From the NCBI RefSeq assembly GCF_004365815.1, contig NZ_SODD01000025.1:1383-33382 (forward strand): 32,000 nucleotides of DNA. The letters are read 5' to 3'. Positions 1-8,383 of the stretch are shown piece by piece. Position 1 is the stretch's first letter. Every line of letters starts with the position of its first letter. The stretch is from Breznakia blatticola (GTDB taxonomy: Bacteria > Bacillota_I > Bacilli_A > Erysipelotrichales > Erysipelotrichaceae). The notes beneath the pieces are model-generated. The model did not search any database and was not told the origin of the DNA. It saw only the letters and a list, made by a program, of their open reading frames with translations. The position numbers and the translations under genes are program-made.

Positions 1-1051
1 AATTGACTTTCGAATCATATGGTAAAATATTTCCACTTGCATCAATATCTAATCCATAATCATATGTACCTGATTGTTGACTATTTACAAGGTACTCTTT
101 TTGTAAGGTCTTAGCCTTGTTTAAGAAGTTATATAAAGTTGCATCTCTTCCTGAAAATGGTACAACAGAAATCTTGTTATCTAATCCATATGTTTCATTT
201 TGTTTAAGTAATTCAGCAGCAAATTTCTTTACCGCTGCTTTTGCTTCTAACCAGCGGTCATAGCAACCTTTTGCTTCATCTGCATGGTCCCATAACCCCT
301 CACTTGCACCACTACGTGTATCTGTTGTATCCCATGTACTAATTCGTTCATAAGAATCACCAACTTTTTTGAAGTGATATGCTGCATCATTGTATGTTCC
401 ATCAACTGCAGCAATAACTTTTCCACCAGATAAACGTTCTGGTTGGTTGTGCGCAAATAAATGATAGTGATTGACTGGTTTTGTCATATCTAATACAACC
501 CATTTCGCTTCTACTGAAGCGTAATCTTCCGTATCCGTAGTAGAATTCGCTTTAAGTCGTGCTTTAATTGTAACTTCTTGATTGTTGTATACAATCATTT
601 CTGTGTTATCCGCATTTGGATAAATTTTTGTTGTATCTGGATCTGTTGGAATTTCATTAGGCTCAGCATCTCTTTTCTTTTGGAAGTAGAAATGATCTGG
701 ATTTAGACATGGTGATGATGCAACATGTGAACCAACATAACGTTGTGTCTTGTTTCCACTAGCATCAAGCTCAACCATATTTCCTTCTTGAATGTATTCC
801 ATATCCATACTACCTGAACGGTCGAGTACGAATACAACATCTTGTGATTTAGCAAATTGTGAACCATTTACTTTTAATGTTAAATCCGCTTCGTAATTTG
901 CTTCATTTGACCACTCTGCACTTTTTTCTGTGATCATTGCTGTATGCTTATTTGCATTTGCTTGTACACTGTTACTAGCAAACACAAAGACAGTGCACAA
1001 TAAAACTGCTACTATTGCGCACTGCAAAAAAATCTTTTTCGTTTTGAACAT
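1..1051 (-). CDS. Secreted von Willebrand factor A (vWA) domain surface/adhesin-like protein. Only the N-terminal ~350 aa are present; the gene continues past the window start.
   Basis: The frame is open from the ATG at 1049-1051 (GGAGG 7 nt upstream) to the window edge. It is absent from the ORF track only because it has no in-window stop. Hand translation gives MFKTKKIFLQCAIVAVLLCTVFVFASNSVQA (signal peptide), then DVVFVLDRSGSM (MIDAS DxSxS), then KISVVPFSG. Confidence 0.7.
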   Translation of the reverse strand, partial: MFKTKKIFLQCAIVAVLLCTVFVFASNSVQANANKHTAMITEKSAEWSNEANYEADLTLKVNGSQFAKSQDVVFVLDRSGSMDMEYIQEGNMVELDASGNKTQRYVGSHVASSPCLNPDHFYFQKKRDAEPNEIPTDPDTTKIYPNADNTEMIVYNNQEVTIKARLKANSTTDTEDYASVEAKWVVLDMTKPVNHYHLFAHNQPERLSGGKVIAAVDGTYNDAAYHFKKVGDSYERISTWDTTDTRSGASEGLWDHADEAKGCYDRWLEAKAAVKKFAAELLKQNETYGLDNKISVVPFSGRDATLYNFLNKAKTLQKEYLVNSQQSGTYDYGLDIDASGNILPYDSKVN

Positions 1052-1233
1052 AAGAGTTCCTCCTTATTAACACACTACACATTTCTTTTTTTGCACTGTT
1101 TATATTATAGCAATAATCTGGCTATAAATAATAGTAGAAGATTTATTTTTTTATACATTGTAAACGAATGTATAAAAATTAGAAGTTCTTATGCTCTCGA
1201 TTTTAATATAGAATGGTGATACATATTGCGTAT

Positions 1234-1764
1234 TTATAACGATTTTTTGTACTTGCGTAACTTCTTTAATGCCCAATCGTAATGACTTGATGTAACAGAA
1301 ACAAAATAACTGCCAAGTACGCTACCTCCTACCCAACTATACGTATTTTTTGTAAACAGTTCATCATTTGATAATGAATCAGCAAGTTGCATTACTTGCT
1401 GATGACTTTCTTGAAACAACTGCAACGCTTCTTCATACGTTGTTTCTTGGTGGATTTCCCAAAAGTAAATATTCATATTCCCATAGGTTTTCCAATTGTA
1501 TCCTTCTTTTAAGAACTGTGTTTGCACTCCATGTAAATTTGTATCTACCCAACGTAATAGTAATTGATGCCATTCGTATAGATGAATTAGCACATCGCGG
1601 ATATTTTTATCTCGTTTCCAGTGTGCTTGCTTTTCTTTCTCTACATCAAAAGCAAACGATTCATATAATGCCTCATCTGTAAATGAATCCAATAGTGTTA
1701 TTAGTTTTTCATACATTTCATTTCCTGTAAGTAATAAATCTTTTTTCGTTGCTGGTCTTGCCAT
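1234..1764 (-). CDS. ClbS/DfsB-family four-helix-bundle protein (DUF1706, like the colibactin resistance protein)
   Basis: 176-aa ORF with family-typical strings HLYEWHQLLLRW, GYNWKTYG and SHYDWALKK. The ATG is preceded by an AAGGAGGA RBS. Confidence 0.72.
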   Translation of the reverse strand: MARPATKKDLLLTGNEMYEKLITLLDSFTDEALYESFAFDVEKEKQAHWKRDKNIRDVLIHLYEWHQLLLRWVDTNLHGVQTQFLKEGYNWKTYGNMNIYFWEIHQETTYEEALQLFQESHQQVMQLADSLSNDELFTKNTYSWVGGSVLGSYFVSVTSSHYDWALKKLRKYKKSL

Positions 1765-1795
1765 GAATATATCCTCCTTATATTACTTTATATAC

Positions 1796-1828
1796 ATACT
1801 ATGAACCCATACGTAACGTACGAGTCAA
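1796..1828 (-). promoter_or_regulatory. Candidate MerR-type promoter for the ClbS-like gene
   Basis: Read on the minus strand: TTGACT (1823-1828), then a 19-21 nt spacer, then CATAGT/TAGTAT (1796-1803). The spacer contains the dyad TACGTAaCGTACG (1810-1822). An over-long spacer with an internal dyad is the MerR-family hallmark. Confidence 0.4.
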
Positions 1829-1907
1829 TATCTTTTTTAAAAAATATCGTTTTTCTTTAGATTGCTATATACTAAATGTAAGAAAACATAAAATGGAGGA
1901 TATCATT

Positions 1908-2732
1908 ATGTTTAAAATTGGTGATTTTTCTAAGTTATCCAACCTGACAATTCGTGCTTTACACCATTATGAAGAACTGGGTATTCTAATACCTGATAAA
2001 ATTGATACAATGAGTAATTATCGTTACTACTCATCTAGTCAACTAGCAACTGCAAATCAAATCAAGATGTTGCAGCGAATTGGGTTATCTTTAAAATCTA
2101 TAAAAGAGATTATCGATGGTGATAATCCTGAAATACTAGAGAGTGGTTTGTTAGCAAGAGAGATGGAAATTCAAAATGAAATTGCAGAACTTAAAATCAA
2201 ACAGAATCTCATTGACATGTATAAAAAGACAATTCATGAAGGACGCTCTATTGCATCGTATCATGTGGAAATAAAAACAGTTCCAAAGCGTAATGTTATG
2301 TCGATAAGAAAATGTATTCCTTCCTATCAAGATGAAGCAGTTCTTTGGAATGCATTATATGAAAAATCGATCCAACAAAATGTGAAAATGGCAACTCCCT
2401 ACCAAGGTATGAGTATTTATCATGACAAAGAATACAAAGAAGAAAATGTTGATATTGAAGTTCAAAGCAATGTGGTTGGTATCTATGAAAACATAGATGA
2501 TGTAACATTCTATGAAACAAAGCCATTTGTGATGGCTTCCATTATCTTTCATGGTAGTTTTCAACAAATGGAAGAAGTCACGCAAGCACTTGCATCATGG
2601 ATTGAAGCAAATCATTATGTAATTGATGGACCAATGATTCAGATTCCTCACGTATCTCCAGCACAGGATGATAATCCAGAAAACTGGATAACCGAAGCAG
2701 GCTATGCAGTACGTTTACTAAATATAGAATAA
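1908..2732 (+). CDS. MerR-family transcriptional regulator with a C-terminal GyrI-like effector-binding domain (BmrR-like architecture)
   Basis: The N-terminus MFKIGDFSKLSNLTIRALHHYEELGILIP...YRYY is a MerR HTH. The ~150-aa C-terminal part resembles the GyrI-like/AraC-E-bind fold. GGAGG lies 7 nt before the ATG at 1908; the track start at 1893 falls inside this RBS region. Confidence 0.85.
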   Translation: MFKIGDFSKLSNLTIRALHHYEELGILIPDKIDTMSNYRYYSSSQLATANQIKMLQRIGLSLKSIKEIIDGDNPEILESGLLAREMEIQNEIAELKIKQNLIDMYKKTIHEGRSIASYHVEIKTVPKRNVMSIRKCIPSYQDEAVLWNALYEKSIQQNVKMATPYQGMSIYHDKEYKEENVDIEVQSNVVGIYENIDDVTFYETKPFVMASIIFHGSFQQMEEVTQALASWIEANHYVIDGPMIQIPHVSPAQDDNPENWITEAGYAVRLLNIE

Positions 2733-2742
2733 TTGTTAGATG

Positions 2743-2766
2743 GACACTCTATGTAGTGTCTTTTTT
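2743..2766 (+). terminator. Intrinsic terminator after the MerR gene
   Basis: Stem GACACT (2743-2748) / AGTGTC (2755-2760), followed by TTTTTT. Confidence 0.6.
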
Positions 2767-2771
2767 CAAAG

Positions 2772-2804
2772 AAAAAACGCCTACTTGTATGTAGACGTCT
2801 TTTT
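2772..2804. terminator. Bidirectional hairpin terminator downstream of the glycyl-radical domain gene
   Basis: Stem ACGCCTAC (2777-2784) / GTAGACGT (2791-2798) with one mismatch, flanked by an A-run on one side and a T-run on the other. Confidence 0.5.
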
Positions 2805-2819
2805 AATAAATCTTTTGAA

Positions 2820-3053
2820 TTACATCCCTTCGTGCATTGTACGGTGGATAACATCATCTTGTTGTTCTTTTGACAACTTGTTGAAGTTTACCGCATATCC
2901 AGATACACGAATTGTAAGTTGTGGATATTTTTCTGGGTGTGCTTGTGCATCTAATAATGTTTCACGATCAAATACGTTTACATTTAAATGGTGTCCACCA
3001 CTTTGTGCATATCCATCAATCATTGTTACTAAGTTTTCTGCTTTATTGTTCAT
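2820..3053 (-). CDS. Free-standing glycyl-radical domain protein (GrcA/YfiD-like). It corresponds to the detached C-terminus of pyruvate formate-lyase.
   Basis: 77 aa: [28 protein letters not shown]...[27 protein letters not shown]. The RVSGYAV radical motif is present. AGGAAG lies 8 nt before the ATG at 3051-3053; the GTG start in the track (3062) overlaps that RBS. Confidence 0.85.
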   Translation of the reverse strand: MNNKAENLVTMIDGYAQSGGHHLNVNVFDRETLLDAQAHPEKYPQLTIRVSGYAVNFNKLSKEQQDDVIHRTMHEGM

Positions 3054-3076
3054 TTTCGCCACTTCCTATCTATTTT

Positions 3077-5083
3077 TTAGTCTTCGTCTTTTCCTAGCGC
3101 GTCAGGTACAATTGAGAACGTGTTAGAAATTCCATCACGTGAATATTCATATGGTAATTTTGCAACTGATTCAAGTGAAGCTACCGCACCATGTGTATCA
3201 CGTCCGTGCATTGGGTTAGCCCCTGGTGCAAAAGGTTCTCCAGCTTTACGTCCATCAGGCGTATTTCCTGTTTTCTTACCATAAACAACGTTTGAAGTAA
3301 TCGTTAAGATACTCATTGAAGGTACACCATGACGGTATGTACGGTGTTCTTTAATCATATTCATAAACGTTTTTACTAAGTCAGCTGCAATGCGGTCAAC
3401 ACGGTCATCGTTGTTTCCATATTTAGGGAAATCACCTTCGATTTCGTAGTCTACTGCAATACCATCTTCATCACGAATTGGTTTAACTTTTGCATATTTA
3501 ATTGCTGATAATGAGTCAGCAACAACTGATAATCCTGCAATACCTGTCGCAAAGAAACGACGAACATCATGATCATGTAATGACATTTCTAATGCTTCGT
3601 ATGAGTATTTATCGTGCATGTAGTGAATTACGTTTAATGTATTTACGTAAAGTCCAGCTAACCATGACATCATTTGTTGGTATTTTTGCATAACTTCTTC
3701 ATAGTCTAAGTATTCTGAAGTAATTGGTTCCATTCTTGGTGAAACTTGGATTTTTTTCTTTTCATCAACCCCACCGTTAATTGCGTAAAGTAGACATTTT
3801 GCAAGGTTTGCTCTTGCTCCAAAGAATTGCATATCTTTACCAACACGCATACAAGATACACAACATGCAATTGCATAGTCATCACCCATTTCAATGCGCA
3901 TCAAGTCATCATTTTCATATTGAATTGAACTTGTTTCAATTGAGATTTTCGCACAGAAACGTTTGAAGTTGTGTGGTAATCTTGTTGACCAAAGAACGGT
4001 TAAGTTTGGTTCTGGTGCTGGTCCTAAGTTTACAAGTGTATGTAAGAATCTAAATGAGTTCTTTGTTACTAAAGAACGACCATCAAGAGACATCCCACCA
4101 ATACTTTCTGTTACCCAAGTTGGGTCTCCAGAGAATAATTCATTGTATTCAGGAGTACGCATGAATTTAACTAAACGTAACTTCATAATGAAGTGGTCAA
4201 TCATTTCTTGCGCTTCTTCTTCTGTAATTTTTCCAACTTCTAGATCTCTTTGAATGTAGATATCTAAGAATGTAGAAGTACGTCCTAATGACATTGCAGC
4301 ACCATTTTGGTCTTTAACAGCTGCTAAGTATCCAAAGTAAACTGCTTGAATCGCTTCTTGTGCAGTTACTGATGGTTGTGAAATATCGATTCCGTAAATT
4401 AATGCCATTTCTTTAAGTGCGATCAATGCACGAATTTGTTCACTTACTTCTTCACGATCACGAATTCTTTCTTCAGTCATTGAACCAAGAAGAACTGTGT
4501 TTAATAAGTTTTGTTTGTCTTCAATTAAGAAGTCTACACCGTATAGGGCAATACGACGGTAGTCACCAATGATACGACCACGTCCATATGCATCAGGAAG
4601 ACCTGTGATGATTCCACAAGTACGTGCACGACGCATTTCTGGAGTATATGCATCAAAAACACCTTGGTTGTGTGTTTTACGGTATTTTGAAAATACTTCT
4701 TTAATTTCTGGATCTAATTCATATCCATATGCTTGTAAAGCTGTTTCACTCATACGAATACCACCAAATGGTTGTAATGAACGTTTGAATGGTTTATCTG
4801 TTTGGAACCCAACGATTTTTTCTAAATCTTTGTTTAGGTATCCAGCACCATGACTTGTTAATGAAGATACGATTTTTGTATCTGCATCTAACACACCACC
4901 AGCAGCAGCTTCTTGTTTATTTAATTCTGTAACTTGATCCCATAATGCTTTTGTTCCATCTGTAGGATCTGCTAAGAAACTTTCGTCTCCTTCGTATTCT
5001 GTATAGTTACGTTGAATGAAATCACGAACGTTAATTTCGTCTGTCCAGTTTCCTAAATTAAAACCTTCCCAACCTTTGTACAT
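3077..5083 (-). CDS. pflB: Pyruvate formate-lyase (formate C-acetyltransferase) body that lacks the glycyl-radical domain
   Basis: 668 aa collinear with PflB. The active-site IACCVS Cys-Cys pair is present. The protein ends at [12 protein letters not shown], just before the point where the radical domain begins in intact PFLs. RBS AAGGTGAGG. Confidence 0.9.
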   Translation of the reverse strand: MYKGWEGFNLGNWTDEINVRDFIQRNYTEYEGDESFLADPTDGTKALWDQVTELNKQEAAAGGVLDADTKIVSSLTSHGAGYLNKDLEKIVGFQTDKPFKRSLQPFGGIRMSETALQAYGYELDPEIKEVFSKYRKTHNQGVFDAYTPEMRRARTCGIITGLPDAYGRGRIIGDYRRIALYGVDFLIEDKQNLLNTVLLGSMTEERIRDREEVSEQIRALIALKEMALIYGIDISQPSVTAQEAIQAVYFGYLAAVKDQNGAAMSLGRTSTFLDIYIQRDLEVGKITEEEAQEMIDHFIMKLRLVKFMRTPEYNELFSGDPTWVTESIGGMSLDGRSLVTKNSFRFLHTLVNLGPAPEPNLTVLWSTRLPHNFKRFCAKISIETSSIQYENDDLMRIEMGDDYAIACCVSCMRVGKDMQFFGARANLAKCLLYAINGGVDEKKKIQVSPRMEPITSEYLDYEEVMQKYQQMMSWLAGLYVNTLNVIHYMHDKYSYEALEMSLHDHDVRRFFATGIAGLSVVADSLSAIKYAKVKPIRDEDGIAVDYEIEGDFPKYGNNDDRVDRIAADLVKTFMNMIKEHRTYRHGVPSMSILTITSNVVYGKKTGNTPDGRKAGEPFAPGANPMHGRDTHGAVASLESVAKLPYEYSRDGISNTFSIVPDALGKDED

Positions 5084-5262
5084 TTGTTTACCTCACCTTC
5101 TTAAGGGACAATTCCCTTATCATTTCGATGTTTGCAGTATAGCATAATCGTATATACTTGTCACACTTTATATAACATCCTATATATTAACATTCCACCA
5201 AATATAATATTTTAAACCATATATAAAACTTTGTAATTTATATACCCTAATATAAGTATTAT

Positions 5263-5595
5263 TTAGTGCATGGCTTTTGCTTTATATTCTTCCATTTTTG
5301 ATTCAATATAAATCTCTAAGATTTCCTCAGGTTGGTACCCTTGTACTTTACTAATTAATTCATCTCTAAATAAAAATAGAATCGTTGGTACTTGTTGTAC
5401 CTTATAGTATGTATTTATATCTTTGTTTTGTTCGCTTGCATCTACAATATATACTTGTAGATTCTCAAACTTCTTACCGACATTTTGAATAATGGGTGAC
5501 ATTGTTGTACAGTTTGCACAACCACCTCCACCAATTAACACCAAAGAAAATTCATTCTTTGCAAATTCATTTCTAAAATTCTCATTTGTTAGCAT
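5263..5595 (-). CDS. Thioredoxin-fold protein (CxxC = CANC)
   Basis: 110 aa with GGGGCANC and a VPT cis-Pro-type loop (QQVPTILF). AGGAG lies 9 nt before the ATG. The start overlaps the pflA stop by 14 nt. Confidence 0.7.
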   Translation of the reverse strand: MLTNENFRNEFAKNEFSLVLIGGGGCANCTTMSPIIQNVGKKFENLQVYIVDASEQNKDINTYYKVQQVPTILFLFRDELISKVQGYQPEEILEIYIESKMEEYKAKAMH

Positions 5596-6337
5596 GTGAT
5601 TTTACTCCTAAGATTTCTTTTGTTCTATCAATAACTTCTTTACTTGGTTTTTGTACACCTTCAAGAGGATATGGAATATTTAAGTTCTGATATTTTGCAA
5701 TTCCCATTGTGTGGTATGGTAATACTTCAATTTTTTCAATATTACGATACCTACTTAAATATGTATGGAGTGCTTCTATATCGTGTTCATCATCACTGTA
5801 TCCTGGAACGAGTACATAACGAATCCATACAGACTTGTTATGATCTGCAAGATATTGCATGAAATCTTGAGGATTTTTATTTTCTTTTCCAGTTAATGCT
5901 TTATGTTTCACTGGATCAATGTGTTTAACATCAAGTAAAAATAAATCCGTTACTTCCAACAATGCATCAAATTTAGCAAGTGTAGCAGCACTGTTTTTTA
6001 CAAATGTAATTCCACTCGTATCAACGGCTGTATGTAATCCTTGAGCTTTTAAACGTTTCAACAATTCAGTTACAAACTCGATTTGCACTAGTGGTTCTCC
6101 ACCACTGATAGTAACTCCACCCTTCTTGATGTAGTTTTTATATTTCATGATTTGATTGAATACATCATCTACGCTGTATACATCACCACCACTGCCTATT
6201 TTCCATGTATCTGGATTATGACAATACAAGCAACGCATTGGACAACCTTGCATAAATACAACAAAGCGAATGCCTGGTCCATCTACAGTTCCAAAGCTTT
6301 CAAATGAATGAATTCTCCCTAATAATTGCTCACTCAA
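5582..6337 (-). CDS. pflA: Pyruvate formate-lyase activating enzyme (radical SAM)
   Basis: GRIHSFESFGTVDGPGIRFVVFMQGCPMRCLYCHNPDTW contains the CxxxCxxC cluster and the PflA N-terminal signature. TTG start with an AAAGAGGTG RBS. Confidence 0.92.
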   Translation of the reverse strand: MSEQLLGRIHSFESFGTVDGPGIRFVVFMQGCPMRCLYCHNPDTWKIGSGGDVYSVDDVFNQIMKYKNYIKKGGVTISGGEPLVQIEFVTELLKRLKAQGLHTAVDTSGITFVKNSAATLAKFDALLEVTDLFLLDVKHIDPVKHKALTGKENKNPQDFMQYLADHNKSVWIRYVLVPGYSDDEHDIEALHTYLSRYRNIEKIEVLPYHTMGIAKYQNLNIPYPLEGVQKPSKEVIDRTKEILGVKSHANK

Positions 6338-6538
6338 CTACATCACCTCTTTACACATGCATTATAGCACAATAAAAAATTAGCTTAATCAATTTGCCCC
6401 TATATACTATAACGAAATTTTCTTCTCCTTATGCGGAAATCTATATAGTGTTATTGTACTTGAAATTTACAATAAAGAAAGTGCTATTTTCACAATTAGA
6501 GGTTTGCCTTTTTTGGTATTGCAATTTATACTTGATAT

Positions 6539-7048
6539 ATGATGAAACAAGTACTTGACGCAAATGGTATGCGTCGCTCACTTATACGAATCACACATGA
6601 AATTCTTGAACACAATAAAGGTGTAGATCAAATCGTTTTAGTTGGTATTGAAACACGCGGTATCGACTTAGCTAAGCGAATCCAAACAAACCTTGAAACC
6701 TTCGAAAACAAAAAGGTAGAGTGTTATGGAATTAACGTCTATCCTTGGCGTGATGATGTAAAAGATGAAGCAAAGCCAGAAATTAATTTACCCATCAATG
6801 ATAAGAAGGTAATTCTTGTTGATGATGTACTATTTAAAGGTCGAACAGTTCGTGCCGCAATGGATGCTTTAATGGCTAATGCACGCCCAAAAGAAATCCA
6901 ACTTGCTGTACTTATCGATCGAGGACATCGTGAGCTTCCCATTCGTGCAGATTATGTTGGGAAAAATATTCCAAGTTCTATCGATGAAATTATCCGCGTA
7001 AAAGTAGAAGAACAAGATGGTAACGATGAAGTCGTTATCGAAAAATAA
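6539..7048 (+). CDS. pyrR: Bifunctional pyrimidine regulatory protein / uracil phosphoribosyltransferase
   Basis: The PRPP-binding loop VILVDDVLFKGRTVRAA and the string DRGHRELPIRADYVGKNIPSS are typical of PyrR. Confidence 0.88.
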   Translation: MMKQVLDANGMRRSLIRITHEILEHNKGVDQIVLVGIETRGIDLAKRIQTNLETFENKKVECYGINVYPWRDDVKDEAKPEINLPINDKKVILVDDVLFKGRTVRAAMDALMANARPKEIQLAVLIDRGHRELPIRADYVGKNIPSSIDEIIRVKVEEQDGNDEVVIEK

Positions 7049-7056
7049 GGAGAATT

Positions 7057-8097
7057 ATGAAATTTAACAAAGATTATGTCTTGCGTATTGCAAAAGAATT
7101 ACTAAGTATTGATAGTCCGACAGGATACACAAACAAAGCAATCGAATACTTAGAAAAAGAAGTGAATGCCCTTGGATACACATATTCAAGAAATGCAAAA
7201 GGAAACTTAATTGTATCTTTAAAAGGAACTAGTGATTACACGATTGGATTATGTGCACACACTGACACACTTGGTTTAATGGTTCGTTCTATTTCAAGTG
7301 ATGGAACCCTTGCACTTACCAATCTAGGAGGACCATTGATTCCAACTCTTGATGCAGAGTACTGTCGTATTCACACAAGAGAAGGAAATATATACACTGG
7401 TACAATTCTTGCCAATGTACCAGCAAGTCATGTATATCCTGATGCGGCAACAAAAGAACGCAAAATAGAAAACATGCTTGTACGCATTGATGAAGTTGTA
7501 AAAACAAAAGAAGATACAGAAAAACTTGGTATCCAAAATGGTGACTTTGTGGCTATTGACCCAAAAGTTGAGATTACAAAAAGTGACTTTATTAAATCAC
7601 GCTTCTTGGATGATAAAATTTCAGTTTCTATATTAATGGGAGTATTGGAAGCAATCAAAACCAATAACATAGAACTTCCATACAATGTAGAAATTATCTT
7701 CTCAACATATGAAGAAGTTGGACATGGTTCAAGTAGTATTCCTAGTAATATCAATGAACTTCTCGCAGTTGATATGGGATGTATTGGTTTAGATTTAGCT
7801 TGTACAGAGTACGACGTAAGTATTTGTGCAAAAGATTCAAGTGGACCTTATGATTACAACATGACAACAAAATTGGTGAACCTAGCTAAAGCAAATAAGT
7901 TATCCTACGCAGTTGATATTTATCCTTACTACGGAAGTGATGTTAGTGCTGCTTTGAGTGGTGGAAACAACATTCGTGGTGCACTGATTGGACCTGGTGT
8001 TCATGCAAGCCATGGAATGGAACGTACACACTACCAAGCAGTTGAACAAACGATGCAACTTGTATATGCCTATATTACAGACAAAGACCTCGCGTAG
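7057..8097 (+). CDS. M42-family metallo-aminopeptidase (FrvX/YsdC-like)
   Basis: 346 aa. The HxD motif GLCAHTDTLGLMV and the EEVG motif (YEEVGHG) fit M42 peptidases. AAGGAG RBS. The start is 8 nt after the pyrR stop. Confidence 0.72.
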   Translation: MKFNKDYVLRIAKELLSIDSPTGYTNKAIEYLEKEVNALGYTYSRNAKGNLIVSLKGTSDYTIGLCAHTDTLGLMVRSISSDGTLALTNLGGPLIPTLDAEYCRIHTREGNIYTGTILANVPASHVYPDAATKERKIENMLVRIDEVVKTKEDTEKLGIQNGDFVAIDPKVEITKSDFIKSRFLDDKISVSILMGVLEAIKTNNIELPYNVEIIFSTYEEVGHGSSSIPSNINELLAVDMGCIGLDLACTEYDVSICAKDSSGPYDYNMTTKLVNLAKANKLSYAVDIYPYYGSDVSAALSGGNNIRGALIGPGVHASHGMERTHYQAVEQTMQLVYAYITDKDLA

Positions 8098-8106
8098 GTC
8101 TTTTTT
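8084..8106 (+). terminator. Intrinsic terminator after the M42 peptidase gene
   Basis: Stem AAGACCT (8084-8090) / AGGTCTT (8096-8102) plus a T-run. The hairpin includes the TAG stop codon. Confidence 0.65.
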
Positions 8107-8131
8107 CTTTGACTAAAGAAAAAACCAACGA

Positions 8132-8311
8132 TTATCTCGCTGGTTCCCATTTGCATCGTACTGGTGATACGATTGCTTCTTCTTTTTTTAGTTCTTTGAA
8201 AGCTTTATCGATTTCTTTACGGTCAAGTCCTGATAGCTTTTCAACTTCTCCAGCACTCATAGGTTGACCATGATCTCTCATAACTTCCAATACTTTTTCT
8301 TTTACATCCAT
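8132..8311 (-). CDS. Small (59 aa) winged-helix-like DNA-binding protein
   Basis: MDVKEKVLEVMRDHGQPMSAGEVEKLSGLDRKEIDKAFKELKKEEAIVSP has a wHTH-like pattern. GAGGTG lies 6 nt before the ATG at 8311. Confidence 0.5.
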   Translation of the reverse strand: MDVKEKVLEVMRDHGQPMSAGEVEKLSGLDRKEIDKAFKELKKEEAIVSPVRCKWEPAR

Positions 8312-8383
8312 TGTATCCACCTCTTTCTATTATCTAAACTATAGCAAAAGTAACAATAGAAATTAAAGCGAATTGACCTAAAA

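Noticed and set aside
247-456. A 69-aa minus-strand ORF from the track inside the first kilobase.
   Set aside because: It lies in a different frame within the longer open vWA-protein frame (1-1051), which has a signal peptide, an RBS and a MIDAS motif.
3054-3079. The PFL interruption as a trivial frameshift, sequencing error or programmed recoding site.
   Set aside because: Stops occur in all three frames within 14 nt, and about 23 extra nucleotides with a properly spaced SD plus ATG are present compared with intact PFLs. A single indel therefore cannot restore one ORF. A decaying pseudogene cannot be fully excluded without comparative data.
2740-3126. A 128-aa plus-strand ORF spanning the PFL split junction.
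   Set aside because: It is antisense to two strongly supported PFL cistrons and runs through two terminator hairpins. The translation has no recognisable features.
6338-6538. A PyrR-binding attenuator in the pyrR leader.
   Set aside because: There is only a partial resemblance (AAUUAGAGGUUUG versus the consensus UCCAGAGAGGYU). I could not draw a terminator/antiterminator pair.
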